Notes: generated by a model not told the origin, from the letters alone. Positions 29,711 through 39,817 are shown, numbered from the stretch's first letter. The stretch: 64,000 nt of DNA from Verrucomicrobiota bacterium (GCA_027622665.1 JAQBYT010000001.1:1-64000), one strand, 5' to 3'. Numbers and translations: made by a program.

Positions 29711-30715
29711 ATGAGCGCTCCACGCATTCAAGTTTCCACCGTTGGTTCCTATCCCGTTCCCGATTGGCTTGCCGCCTACCCAAACGAACAATCATTAGTA
29801 GATGCCACCCGCGTCATATTCGCCACCCAGCGCGACGCTGGCGTCGATCTTCCGACCGACGGCGAATTGTATCGCTTTGACGTCAATCATCCCGACACCA
29901 ACGGCATGATCGAATACTTTACGGGCAAGCTCGGGGGCATCGACTCCCAAATCGGTCGTGCAGACCACGAAGCCTTTCGGGCCAAGGCAGAGATGGGGTT
30001 TCGGGCCAAGCCGGCCGGCATCGTGCGTAGCGAGTTAGACGAGGGCGTACTGAACCTTCCGGAAGATTGCTCGCGAGCTGCAAGCGTAGCGGGCGGCGCC
30101 TTCAAGTTCACCGTAACTTCTCCCTACATGCTGGCCCGTACCCTTTTGGACCTTCATTACGGTGACTTCGAGAAACTCACCCTCGGCCTCGCCGACGTAC
30201 TTGCCAAGCAAGCCTCCTCCCTATCTTGTGCCTGCCTGCAGGTGGACGAGGCAAACGTTCCCGGGAACCCCGCCCATGGTCCACTTGCCGCCGAGGCCAT
30301 CAATCGTATTCTCGATGCCTTCGAAGGAGAAAAAGCCGTCCACCTCTGCTTCGGCAACTATGGCGGTCAAACCATCCAGGGAGGAACTTGGGAAGCCTTG
30401 CTTGCTTTCCTAAATGCCCTTCGAACCGACCATGTCGTCCTGGAACTTGCCCACCGTCCGAGCGAAGATCTAGAATCTCTCGCCAAAGTAGACGACCGCA
30501 TCGCACTCGGCATCGGGGTGGTCGACGTAAAGGCAAACCAAGTCGAGACGGCAGACGAAGTCGCCAAAGCCCTCGAACAAGCGGAGTTCAAGCTCGGGGA
30601 GGGACGAATCCGCTGGATTCACCCCGACTGTGGTTTTTGGATGCTCAAGCGTTCCGTGGCCGACCGCAAGATCGCCGCCCTCGCCGCAGGACGCGATCTT
30701 TACCTCGGGAAGTGA
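29711..30715 (+). CDS. Cobalamin-independent methionine synthase II family (MetE catalytic domain only)
   Basis: VGSYP.P, Q..AG.D..TDGE, QVDE, HLCFGN, GVVDVK, HPDCG. Confidence 0.88.
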   Translation: MSAPRIQVSTVGSYPVPDWLAAYPNEQSLVDATRVIFATQRDAGVDLPTDGELYRFDVNHPDTNGMIEYFTGKLGGIDSQIGRADHEAFRAKAEMGFRAKPAGIVRSELDEGVLNLPEDCSRAASVAGGAFKFTVTSPYMLARTLLDLHYGDFEKLTLGLADVLAKQASSLSCACLQVDEANVPGNPAHGPLAAEAINRILDAFEGEKAVHLCFGNYGGQTIQGGTWEALLAFLNALRTDHVVLELAHRPSEDLESLAKVDDRIALGIGVVDVKANQVETADEVAKALEQAEFKLGEGRIRWIHPDCGFWMLKRSVADRKIAALAAGRDLYLGK

Positions 30716-32181
30716 CGGCCACCCTTCCCACGCTCGACCTGAAGCAGGTCGATTTCCGCGTCCTCCCCATGCGGACGCGCTTCCCCTTCAAGTACGGCAT
30801 CGCCAGCCTCACCGCCCTGCCCCACCTCGTCCTGCAAGCCAAGGTCGAAGTAAACGGAACCCTCGCGGACGGCATCACCTCCGAAGGTCTGCCGCCGAAG
30901 TGGTTCACGAAAGCACCCGACACCACCTTCGAGCAAGACCTCCCCGCCATGCTCGCCGTCATCGAGAACGCTGTAAACGTCGCCCTCGCCTCCCCTTCCG
31001 CCACCTTCTTTAACCTTTGGCGAAACCTCTACGACGAACAAGCCGCTTGGGCCTCCGCCGAAGGGCATCCGCCTCTTCTCGCCAACCTCGGCGTAAGCCT
31101 CGTGGAACGTGCCTTGCTCGATGCCCTCTGCCGCCACCTCGGGCACCCTATCCACGAAGTCATCCGCGAAAACCTGATTGGCATCCGTCTTGGCGACGTT
31201 CGCCCGGAGCTAAACGATCTTTCTCTCGCCGAAGCTCTTCCCGAAAAACCACGGGCTACAATCATCGCTCGCCATACCATCGGTCTCGGCGATCCCCTGA
31301 CGACCGACGACGTCACCGACGAAACCCGTGCAGACGACACTCTGCCCCTCGACCTCGAGTCCTGCATACGCTCTTATAAATTAAATTATTTTAAAATAAA
31401 AGTCTGCGGCGACCTCGGCATCGATCTTCCCCGCCTCCGTGCCATCGCCGGGCTTCTCGGTCCGCAAGCCCTTTTCACCCTCGACGGAAACGAGCAATAC
31501 GCAAGCATCGCCGCCTTTCGAGAACACTGGGAAGTTTGGCGTGAGGATGAAAAGGTTCGTACATTCCTCGCCGCCGGCCTGCTTCTCGTCGAGCAACCCG
31601 CCCACCGCGACGAGACCTTCGCTCCCGAAGTCGCCGACGACTTCGCCAACTGGCCCGAACGCCCCTCCTTCATAATCGACGAAGCCGACGCAACTCTCGA
31701 CTCCCTTCCCGTTGCTCTCACCCTAGGCTACGATGGCTCCAGTCACAAGAACTGCAAAGGGATCGTCAAGGGCATCGCCAACGCCGCTACTCTCGCCCAA
31801 GCGGGAGCTTCACGGGAACGCCCCGTCCACCTCTCGGGCGAAGACCTTGCCAACGTCGGTCCTATCGCACTCCTCCAAGATCTCGCAATCATGGCCACCC
31901 TCGGCATCGAGCACGTCGAGCGCAACGGCCATCACTACTTCAAAGGTCTTTCCGCATGGCCCGAACCGATCCAAGAACCCATCCTCGCCAAGCACGGCGA
32001 CCTTTACCATCGCCACCCCGAAGGTTACCCTACCCTGCGCATCGAAAACGGCCGACTCGACCTCACCACTCTCAACACCGCACCCTTCGGTCCCGCCCCA
32101 AACCTCGACCTTTCCGATCTCGCCGAAGTGGACTTGAGCGACACCGACAACTTCGTCGCCACAGGTTTGCCAAACACTTGA
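30712..32181 (+). CDS. Enolase superfamily-like protein (mandelate racemase/MLE-like)
   Basis: GTG start overlapping previous stop; FKIK, LDGNE, VEQP, IDE metal/catalytic pattern. Confidence 0.75.
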   Translation: MTATLPTLDLKQVDFRVLPMRTRFPFKYGIASLTALPHLVLQAKVEVNGTLADGITSEGLPPKWFTKAPDTTFEQDLPAMLAVIENAVNVALASPSATFFNLWRNLYDEQAAWASAEGHPPLLANLGVSLVERALLDALCRHLGHPIHEVIRENLIGIRLGDVRPELNDLSLAEALPEKPRATIIARHTIGLGDPLTTDDVTDETRADDTLPLDLESCIRSYKLNYFKIKVCGDLGIDLPRLRAIAGLLGPQALFTLDGNEQYASIAAFREHWEVWREDEKVRTFLAAGLLLVEQPAHRDETFAPEVADDFANWPERPSFIIDEADATLDSLPVALTLGYDGSSHKNCKGIVKGIANAATLAQAGASRERPVHLSGEDLANVGPIALLQDLAIMATLGIEHVERNGHHYFKGLSAWPEPIQEPILAKHGDLYHRHPEGYPTLRIENGRLDLTTLNTAPFGPAPNLDLSDLAEVDLSDTDNFVATGLPNT

Positions 32182-32351
32182 CAGTCAATTAAAATTGATT
32201 GCTTCTAGGTGTGCGGACCGTCAAGAAAACTGTTCCAACTCTCTTTGACAATGATCAGTGAAGGGGCTCAATCAAATCAGCACTCCTTTGTTATTCCCGT
32301 CAGGACTTGTCATATTCCATGTAAAGAATTGTTCGACAAAAGATTTACGCG

Positions 32352-32709
32352 ATGAAACGAACACCTGTTCGTTCTCACCATCACAGTAGTCACATTTTTG
32401 TCTGCCTGCGGGACACTCGAAAAGAAGACCATCCTCATCAATCCAGGCGACACTAAGGAGAAAGTGCTGTCTATCATGGGACCGCCAGGTGATCGACAGT
32501 TCCGAGGCAAAGACGAAGCATGGCAGTATGGTCAGACTGGAGCCGGTTTCGGATACCACGACTTCAGGATTATTTGGTTCTACGATGGCAAAGTTACAGG
32601 TATCACATCCTACAAGGACAAAACTCCGGCATCGTCAGCAGCAGCTCATTTCAAGCCGATACGATGGGATGATGTGCCTGATCGAACAGTAGAATTTCGA
32701 ATTCGGTGA
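32352..32709 (+). CDS. SmpA/OmlA(BamE)-like lipoprotein with start out of frame by 1 nt
   Basis: HLFVLTITVVTFLSAC lipoprotein signal, G.TKE.V..IMG.P, W.Y, F.DGKV; ATG AAA CGA at 32352 is one base out of frame. Confidence 0.65.
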
Positions 32710-32751
32710 CACTCCAGAACGAAAAGCACAACAATCGCATCTATCTATCCC

Positions 32752-34125
32752 CTACCTCATCAACCGAAAGGTCGGGTTGATGGTTCGGGAGCTGGTCATT
32801 AGACGGGACATTTCCTTGATTAGGTCGGGGTGTTTTTCGGCGAGGTTCTTGGTTTCGCCGATGTCGCTGGAAAGGTCGTAAAGTTCTATGGGTCCGTCGG
32901 GCTTCTTACGAACGTTAAGGCGGACGGCTTTCCACTTCCCTTTGCGGATGGCTTGTTTGCCGCCCTGTTCGTGGAACTCCCAGTAAATGTATTCTCGCTT
33001 GGTCTGCTTGCTTTTCTCGCCTCTGAGAGTGGGTGCGAAGGAGACACCGTCGATGCCGTCGGGAGCAGATATTCCGGCGAGTTCGCAAAATGTAGGCAGA
33101 ACATCCCAACCCGCACCGATGTGGGAACTGGTCGAACCGGACTTGATTACGCCGGGCCACCATGCGGTGGTAGCTACGCGGATACCCCCTTCGTAGAGGT
33201 CTCGCTTGTAGCCACGCAGGGGACCGTTGCTGTCAAAGAAATCGGGTTTGTGACCTCCTTCCTTGTGAGGACCGTTGTCGGAGGTGAAGATGACAAGAGT
33301 GTCTTTGGCTATGCCTAGTTCGTTCAATAGGTCGAGGATACGCCCGACATCGTGGTCAAGAATGGTCATCATGCCGGCAAAGGCAGCGACGGGGTTGTTT
33401 ATAACGGCTCCCCCATATTTTCCCTTCACATCTTCAAACTCTTGAAATTTCTTGCGCCATGGAACCACGTGCTCCTCGGGTGCCTGCATGGCGGCATGGG
33501 GAATGGTGAAAGGGGCGTAGCAAAAGAAAGGCTTGTCCTTGTTCTTGCGGATGAACTTAAGACACTCCTCTGCAATCAGACTATGGGAGTAGGACTTGCG
33601 ATTCAGCTCAACCTTCGAGCGGTCACTCCAGAGATGGGTCGGATAGAAATTGTGAGCCTGACGCTGGCAGTTGTATCCGTAAAAGCGATCGAAGCCTTGA
33701 TTCATTGGATCGCCTTCGGAACCGGGAGCTCCGAGACCCCATTTGCCGAACATTCCCGAGACATACCCCGCCTTGCCGAGGACTTCGGGCATAGTGAGGG
33801 CGGAGTCGGCGAGGGGAGCCTGTCCCTCAGGCTGAACCTCGCGATTACCCCGAACCAATGCATGCCCAGTGTGCACACCCGTCATAAGGCTACAACGGGA
33901 CGGTGCGCAGACAGTGCTGGCCGCGTAAAAATCGGTGAACTTCATGCCCTCGGTTGCCATACGATCGACACTTGGCGTCTTAAAGTGCTTTTGCCCGAAG
34001 CAGGAGAAATCTCCGTAACCGGCGTCATCAACCATGATGTAGACGAAATTGGGCTTGCGGGCAGCAGCGTGGAAAAAAGTGAAAGCGGTGGCGCAAAGGA
34101 TGGCCAAGGCGTGAATGTGCTTCAT
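32752..34125 (-). CDS. Sulfatase (arylsulfatase-like, exported)
   Basis: Start at MKHIH; KPNF..IMVDDAG, CAPSR, GKWGLG, SDNG. Confidence 0.93.
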   Translation of the reverse strand: MKHIHALAILCATAFTFFHAAARKPNFVYIMVDDAGYGDFSCFGQKHFKTPSVDRMATEGMKFTDFYAASTVCAPSRCSLMTGVHTGHALVRGNREVQPEGQAPLADSALTMPEVLGKAGYVSGMFGKWGLGAPGSEGDPMNQGFDRFYGYNCQRQAHNFYPTHLWSDRSKVELNRKSYSHSLIAEECLKFIRKNKDKPFFCYAPFTIPHAAMQAPEEHVVPWRKKFQEFEDVKGKYGGAVINNPVAAFAGMMTILDHDVGRILDLLNELGIAKDTLVIFTSDNGPHKEGGHKPDFFDSNGPLRGYKRDLYEGGIRVATTAWWPGVIKSGSTSSHIGAGWDVLPTFCELAGISAPDGIDGVSFAPTLRGEKSKQTKREYIYWEFHEQGGKQAIRKGKWKAVRLNVRKKPDGPIELYDLSSDIGETKNLAEKHPDLIKEMSRLMTSSRTINPTFRLMR

Positions 34126-34199
34126 GGTTCGGGCTTGTTTTGGATAAAGGTCAAAAGAAACAGGGATAATCTTCAAGACCGTGAGGTCACGCAGAAAGT

Positions 34200-34706
34200 T
34201 CATTTGCCGGGCAAGGGCTCTATGTAGATGAATTGACGGAACTTCCAGTCGCCATCGATCTTTCGCAAATTAATTTTGGCATGAAAGGATTCAACGCGGT
34301 TGGAAGCTCGAATATTGTCAGTTCCCTCAGCATGTACGTCGGCAGTGGTGGTGGCATCCGTCTCGCTCAAGGAAAGAATTTCGATATTTTCGAAACGGAG
34401 GCTGAGTCGCTTAGACTGAAGGCGGATTCGACCGTAGAGCTGCATAAGTTCTCGGTCGGTATATTGGCCCGCAAGTCTGGCTCGCCCACCAGTCTTTAGA
34501 TAAACTTGGGGGGCAAAGATATCACGGAAGTCTTCGAGAACGAGTGCATCGGCTATGGCAGAAGCTATGTCAGACTTTGATGCAATATCGGAAAGTTCCT
34601 CAAACCGAGCTAGAATCTGCTCCTCTTCAGTTGGATAAAACAACCAAAAGAGCAGGAGTGCGACCGTAAGGGATATTAGTGAAAATATGCCGATTCGGTT
34701 TCTCAT
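34200..34706 (-). CDS. Membrane-anchored hypothetical protein (possible SnoaL/NTF2-like fold)
   Basis: Start at MRNRIG; N-terminal TM; C-terminal LRKIDGDWK. Confidence 0.6.
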   Translation of the reverse strand: MRNRIGIFSLISLTVALLLFWLFYPTEEEQILARFEELSDIASKSDIASAIADALVLEDFRDIFAPQVYLKTGGRARLAGQYTDRELMQLYGRIRLQSKRLSLRFENIEILSLSETDATTTADVHAEGTDNIRASNRVESFHAKINLRKIDGDWKFRQFIYIEPLPGK

Positions 34707-34774
34707 TGAGGTCTTGAGGATTCTGACAAGGAAAGGCGCAGGGAAAAAGTCCCCTTCTTGCTTCACTTCATGAA

Positions 34775-34954
34775 ATGATAAAAGACGGAGGTGATGAAGC
34801 TCCCATTCTGCATAACCTAAGTTACGAGCCAAGCGAACGGTTTGACGTTTCAGCCGAGCACCCAAAAACACTCGCCGCAATCGCTATGGGCAAAGCCGCC
34901 GTCAAGCGGGTGGAGAAACCGCTGACCAAGGGTTGGCTAACGTACGAAGACTAG
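34775..34954 (+). pseudogene. Remnant of a sulfatase C-terminus
   Basis: Translates PILHNLSYEPSERFDVSAEHPKTL, like the LYDL..D..E..NLAEKHP tails of the intact sulfatases in this window. Confidence 0.55.
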
Positions 34955-35152
34955 GCCCGTCTGGCCTTTTTCACCGTAGAAAACGAATTTCAGGTTGTAG
35001 CCGCCGTTGAGCAAATCCGCAGAACGAATTCTATAATCGCGAGATTGTTCGGGATAAATGATCTGTAAATCGTGACGGGTGGCTTGTCCCGAGAAAATGA
35101 CTGCAGATAGAATAAGAATAATACCGACTAGACCGTAGTGGAGTTTTTTCAT
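34937..35152 (-). CDS. Small exported/membrane hypothetical protein
   Basis: 71 aa, MKK plus hydrophobic stretch. Confidence 0.5.
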   Translation of the reverse strand: MKKLHYGLVGIILILSAVIFSGQATRHDLQIIYPEQSRDYRIRSADLLNGGYNLKFVFYGEKGQTGLVFVR

Positions 35153-35212
35153 AGGTTTGTTTTTTATTACTTTTAGGTGATAAGATTTTCTGTGAGGAAA
35201 AGCTAAGGCTCG

Positions 35213-36193
35213 TTACTTTCCTCTCGCTACGCAAAGGGTTCGTTGATCGCCAACGCCTTCCACAAAATAGGCTCTGACTCCAGATAGTTTTTGCACAAAC
35301 TTGGTGCCTTTTTTAGTCCCCAGCACACTGAGAACCGAGGCAAGAGAGTCTGCATGGATTCCTGTCGACGTCACCACCGTGACCTGAATTCGCGTAGTGA
35401 GACCGATGCCGGTACTTGGATCTATAAGGTGGGAGTAACGTTTGCCGGTGATTTCAACGAATTGCTCCACGTCGCCAGAAGTAGCTACGGCGCAACGGGC
35501 CAATTCCAAAACAGGGAGGTCGGGATGCTTGAGACCCCCAATCTCGATTCGCCAACCTTTCCGGCCTGGAGGGGGATCACCTAGCACCAAATCGCCCCCG
35601 GCGTCCACCAGGACCGATCCAATGCCTCGCTTTCCCAAAATCATAAGGGCTTTTTCGGCGACGTATCCCTTTGCGATGCCTCCAAGATCGAGCACCATGT
35701 TTGGAACCTCTAAAAAAGCAGTTTGTTTTGTATGTGAAATGTTCAGATGCCGAAAGCCGACCGCCTTGCGAGCTTCCGCAAGCTTTTCGGGAAGAGGGAA
35801 AGTCTTTCGAAAACGGGCAATGCGCCAAAGACGCACACAGGGTCCAATCGTGATGTCGAAGGCACCTGCCGTTTGACGAGAAAGTTTTTGGGAGGCATCA
35901 AGCACAGCGAAGAGATCATCGCTGAGTAGAAAGTGTCGTTCCGAGCCGGAAGTATCAGAAAGACGACTGAGTTCACTTTCGGGGTCATAGTCACTGAGAA
36001 TGGAATTGAGGCGTTCGACCTCAGCAAAAGCGGCAGTGGCGGCTTCATTAGCAACCTTTTCGCTCTCTGCATAGAGAACAATGCGGAAATCCGCACCCAT
36101 TTGCTTTTCGACGAAAGCAAAGCGGGTCTGCTCGGCCAGAGAGACCTCAAGCATAACCCGAAAAAGCATTAAAGCTATTGCAAGGAATCGCAT
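35213..36193 (-). CDS. apbE: FAD:protein FMN transferase
   Basis: MGA, S.Y...SELS, GAFDITIGP, LDLGGIAKGY, VDAGGD, VATSG, YSHLIDP.TG, ADSLA. Confidence 0.94.
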   Translation of the reverse strand: MRFLAIALMLFRVMLEVSLAEQTRFAFVEKQMGADFRIVLYAESEKVANEAATAAFAEVERLNSILSDYDPESELSRLSDTSGSERHFLLSDDLFAVLDASQKLSRQTAGAFDITIGPCVRLWRIARFRKTFPLPEKLAEARKAVGFRHLNISHTKQTAFLEVPNMVLDLGGIAKGYVAEKALMILGKRGIGSVLVDAGGDLVLGDPPPGRKGWRIEIGGLKHPDLPVLELARCAVATSGDVEQFVEITGKRYSHLIDPSTGIGLTTRIQVTVVTSTGIHADSLASVLSVLGTKKGTKFVQKLSGVRAYFVEGVGDQRTLCVARGK

Positions 36194-36313
36194 ATTATAT
36201 AATTTCGCATAACCTGAGCCTTCCTACAACAGAGCTTTTTTCTTCACACTTCGAAAGGTTTTTGGGATAAAGGTCGGTTTACCCTATATTTGATAGTTAG
36301 AATAAACAATATA

Positions 36314-38047
36314 ATGAAACGGTATCATTTACATTTCCTTACGCACCTAAGTGCAAGTCTAGGCCTGTTTGGCTCATTGGCAGCTGAAGTCGACTTTGTT
36401 CGCGACGTAAAGCCTGTGCTGGAGTTCAACTGCGTGAGCTGTCATCGAGCCGACAACGCTAAAGGCAAACTTCGCCTCGATGAAAAAGCATTCGCGTTTA
36501 AGTCAAAGGAAGTAATTTCTCCCGGCGACCCCGACGAAAGCTCCCTCTATTGGATGACGACACTCCCCCCGGATGACGATGAGATCATGCCCCCGATTAA
36601 GCATGAGGACAAGGATTACCCTCTTCGTAAACCTGAGCAAGCAATCCTTAAGGAATGGATCAAGGAAGGAGCCAAGTGGCCCGACGGGGTAAAACTGACG
36701 CCACAAAAGCGTCTGCCCCAAAAGATCTCCTTTGTGAATGACGTACAGCCCATTCTCGAGATCAATTGCCTAAAATGTCACCGCAAGGACAAGGCCGAGG
36801 GCAAACTGCGACTGGACACCTTTGAGCACGCCTTCGCCAAGGAAGAGGTAATCGTGCCCGGCGACCCCGTGGCCAGCGATCTATGGTTCCTCTGCACTTT
36901 ACCGATGGATGACGAGGACAGGATGCCTCCCGAAGAAAACGACCTCCTCGACCCCGCCGATCTATTCATGCTTCGCAGATGGATTGAGGAAGGGGCTGAA
37001 TGGCCTGAGGACATTACCCTTAAAGCCAAAAAGAAATCTTTCACTCTTTTGGGAATGTTGCCAAAGGAACTGTACCAAAAATTAGGATTTAAGCCTGGAG
37101 CGGTCAATGGAGACTTCAAAGGTTACACGCAAGAGATTCCGACCTCAGACGCATCGTTCGACTTGCTCCCGATTAAGGGAGGAACCTTTACGATGGGCAG
37201 CCCAAAGAATGACCCCAACCGGGGAAAAGAAGAACAGCTCGCTCACAAAGTAAAGGTGAATGATTTCTGGATGGCCAAGCACGAATTGACTTGGGACGAA
37301 TACGAGCTCTGGATGCTCAATCTCGACAAGGACAACCGAAAGTACAAGAAGCTTGATCCTACTTTTGCCGATGGGCTCTCGGATGGAGTAACCAAGCCGA
37401 CGGCACCTTACACCGACATGACGTTCGGAATGGGCAAGAACGGTTACCCCGCCATTTGCATGACACAACTCGCCGCCAAGATGTACAGTATGTGGCTAAG
37501 CGCAAGAACCGGTAGGTTTTATCGTTTGCCGACCGAGGCTGAGTGGGAATACGCCTGCAAGGCAGGCACCGAAACCGCATATAGCTTTGGCAACGATAAA
37601 GGGGAACTATCGAAACACTCTTGGCATCTTGGAAATAGTCGATTCAAGTATCAGAAAGTTGGCCAAAAACCGGCCAACCCTTGGGGTCTGCACGATATGC
37701 ACGGTAATGTTTGGGAATGGGTGCTCGATCAATACGCGCCTCCTGCAGAATCAGTGTTCAAGGGTCTAACGGAAAATCCTTTGGTGGCTCCCAACACCCT
37801 CTATCCAAGGGTAGTCAAGGGAGGATCTTGGGACGATGGATCGACTAAGCATCGAAGTGCTGCCCGCATGGGTTCCAACGAGGCATGGAAACAGCAAGAT
37901 CCTCAAATCCCTAAAAGCGTCTGGTATCATACCGATGCCATCTTCGTAGGCTTTCGCTTAGTCCGCCCCAGAGAGATACCCACTATTTCGGACATAGAAA
38001 AATTTTGGCCTTCCGAAGAAGATATTAAAGCTATCCCAAGTCGCTGA
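36314..38047 (+). CDS. Di-heme planctomycete-type cytochrome c fused to FGE/SUMF1-like domain
   Basis: Two VDF..DV.P....CxxCH...MPP repeats (CVSCH, CLKCH); GGTF.MGS, RLPTEAEWEYAC, NPWGLHDMHGNVWEW, GFRL. Confidence 0.88.
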   Translation: MKRYHLHFLTHLSASLGLFGSLAAEVDFVRDVKPVLEFNCVSCHRADNAKGKLRLDEKAFAFKSKEVISPGDPDESSLYWMTTLPPDDDEIMPPIKHEDKDYPLRKPEQAILKEWIKEGAKWPDGVKLTPQKRLPQKISFVNDVQPILEINCLKCHRKDKAEGKLRLDTFEHAFAKEEVIVPGDPVASDLWFLCTLPMDDEDRMPPEENDLLDPADLFMLRRWIEEGAEWPEDITLKAKKKSFTLLGMLPKELYQKLGFKPGAVNGDFKGYTQEIPTSDASFDLLPIKGGTFTMGSPKNDPNRGKEEQLAHKVKVNDFWMAKHELTWDEYELWMLNLDKDNRKYKKLDPTFADGLSDGVTKPTAPYTDMTFGMGKNGYPAICMTQLAAKMYSMWLSARTGRFYRLPTEAEWEYACKAGTETAYSFGNDKGELSKHSWHLGNSRFKYQKVGQKPANPWGLHDMHGNVWEWVLDQYAPPAESVFKGLTENPLVAPNTLYPRVVKGGSWDDGSTKHRSAARMGSNEAWKQQDPQIPKSVWYHTDAIFVGFRLVRPREIPTISDIEKFWPSEEDIKAIPSR

Positions 38048-38168
38048 ACCGTGCACTTCATTGGGTTCGGGTTCCCGAAAAAACATGAGATTCAACCCTA
38101 GCTTTTCCGTTGCCTTTAATAATCCCATCTCTCAGATTTAGACCTCAACCTCCCTAGGAAAAAATATC

Positions 38169-39224
38169 ATGTTAATTCGCTTCGTTATCTCTCCTTGCTT
38201 GGCCCTACTTGCCGCCGCGACCCTCGCAATCGCAGCCCCGAAAAACTTCGGTGGAACTTTCACCGACATTGAAGACCCGAACCTCCCGGTTGATTTTAAT
38301 TACCAAGGAGAATATGAGGGAGAAGGCCTTGGCGCCCAAGTTATCGCCCTCGACAAAGGGGCGTTCCAGACCGTTCTTTATCCGGGTGGTCTGCCGGGAG
38401 CCGGTTGGGATGGCAAAAACAAGATTCTGCTTGAGGGAAAACTCGAAGGGAAAGCCGTTGTTCTGCATGCCGCCAAGGGGAAAAAGCGTTACCTCGGAAA
38501 TTCCCCCAACGAGTTCAGCGCAACCAAACAATTCCCTCCAAATGGTCACAAGGAATATTCCGGTGTGATCTCGGGAGGGAAACTCGAAGGGAAGACCGAG
38601 AAAGGCAAAGCTTTTTCCCTAACCAAGGCAAACCGCGTAAGCCCTACCATGGGCAAAAAGTCACCCAAAGGCGGCATCGTACTCTTCGATGGTTCAAGCA
38701 AAGAAGAATGGCAAGGTGGCCGCGTTGACGAGAAAACAAAACTTCTCAACACCGACGGCAGCGACATTAGTACTAAGCGTAAGTTCAACGACTATCTTAT
38801 GCATATCGAATTTCTCCTTCCCTACCGTCCCGCCGCACGAGGACAAGGTCGCGGTAACAGCGGTTTCTACCATGTGGACCACTACGAGATGCAAATTCTC
38901 GACTCCTTCGGGCTCGAGGGGCTCAACAACGAATGCGGTGGCATCTATTCGAAGAAAGCCTCCGACGTAAACGGATGCTTTCCACCGCTTAGCTGGCAAA
39001 CCTACGACGTAGATTTCAAGAACGCTCGCTCCAAGAACGGTAAAAAAACGGCAAATGCCATTCTTACCGCTCGTTTAAACAGTATCCTTATCCACAACGG
39101 ATATGAAATCCCAGGTAAGACCGGAGGGTCACGTGCTGATCCCGAAGGAACTCCCGGACCGATTAAATTACAAGGGCACGGGAATCCACTCCAGTTTCGC
39201 AACATCTGGATCTTGGAAAAGTAA
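38169..39224 (+). CDS. DUF1080 (3-keto-disaccharide hydrolase-like) domain protein, exported
   Basis: VLFDG, HIEF, GNSG, YEMQILDS, WQTYD, GPIKLQGHG..LQFRNIW. Confidence 0.88.
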   Translation: MLIRFVISPCLALLAAATLAIAAPKNFGGTFTDIEDPNLPVDFNYQGEYEGEGLGAQVIALDKGAFQTVLYPGGLPGAGWDGKNKILLEGKLEGKAVVLHAAKGKKRYLGNSPNEFSATKQFPPNGHKEYSGVISGGKLEGKTEKGKAFSLTKANRVSPTMGKKSPKGGIVLFDGSSKEEWQGGRVDEKTKLLNTDGSDISTKRKFNDYLMHIEFLLPYRPAARGQGRGNSGFYHVDHYEMQILDSFGLEGLNNECGGIYSKKASDVNGCFPPLSWQTYDVDFKNARSKNGKKTANAILTARLNSILIHNGYEIPGKTGGSRADPEGTPGPIKLQGHGNPLQFRNIWILEK

Positions 39225-39448
39225 AGTTTCGCATCCCCCAGTCCAAGCGAAGTAATTCCATTTTGGATGGTCGCCTTTGACGGTGCCGGAAAAAGGTGCA
39301 TTGAAACAAGTTCTTTGGGGGCACTAGCTACATCACCCACACTTGAAGCCTAGCCTTAACCCTCGGCAAACGATTTCTTTGGATCACCGCATCACCTCGA
39401 AAAACCTGTCTTGAACGATGACCCGAAAGGGATTTCAGTAACTTTTTC

Positions 39449-39817
39449 ATGCTGAATCCCTTGCTGAACAACTCCCTCGTACGCGAACAGGATCGCCGCC
39501 GCTATGCAGATGGGGACATGGCGCTCACCGTTTGGTTCGACGCACATGGCGGAATCTTTGCCTTCGAATTGATATTTGATCTCTTGCTTGAGGAATACGC
39601 AGTTCGTCATACTAGAGGCAAACTGGGCAAATACTTAAAAATTTCAGAAGGAGAGCTCAAGCCGGGTAGACACCAAAAACAAGTTTTAGGCTCACAAAAC
39701 TATTCACTACCGTCATCACGCTTGGAAAATTTTGAAGCTCGAGCCAACAACCTTCCAATGAAGATTCGCGAACATATAAGCGAATCTCTCTCGAGGATGA
39801 TTGCCGAAGGGGAGTAG
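39449..39817 (+). CDS. Hypothetical protein
   Basis: 122 aa ORF co-oriented with neighbours. Confidence 0.6.
   Translation: MLNPLLNNSLVREQDRRRYADGDMALTVWFDAHGGIFAFELIFDLLLEEYAVRHTRGKLGKYLKISEGELKPGRHQKQVLGSQNYSLPSSRLENFEARANNLPMKIREHISESLSRMIAEGE

Noticed and set aside
30226..30711. N-terminal extension of the 651-aa ORF
   Set aside because: Overlaps the MetE-like gene in another frame; GTG at 30712 is the likelier start
29711..30715. metE assignment
   Set aside because: Half-length protein in a catabolic context; family-level call only
34810..34940. attC site (GCATAAC / GTTATGC)
   Set aside because: No matching inverted boxes; better explained as a sulfatase coding remnant
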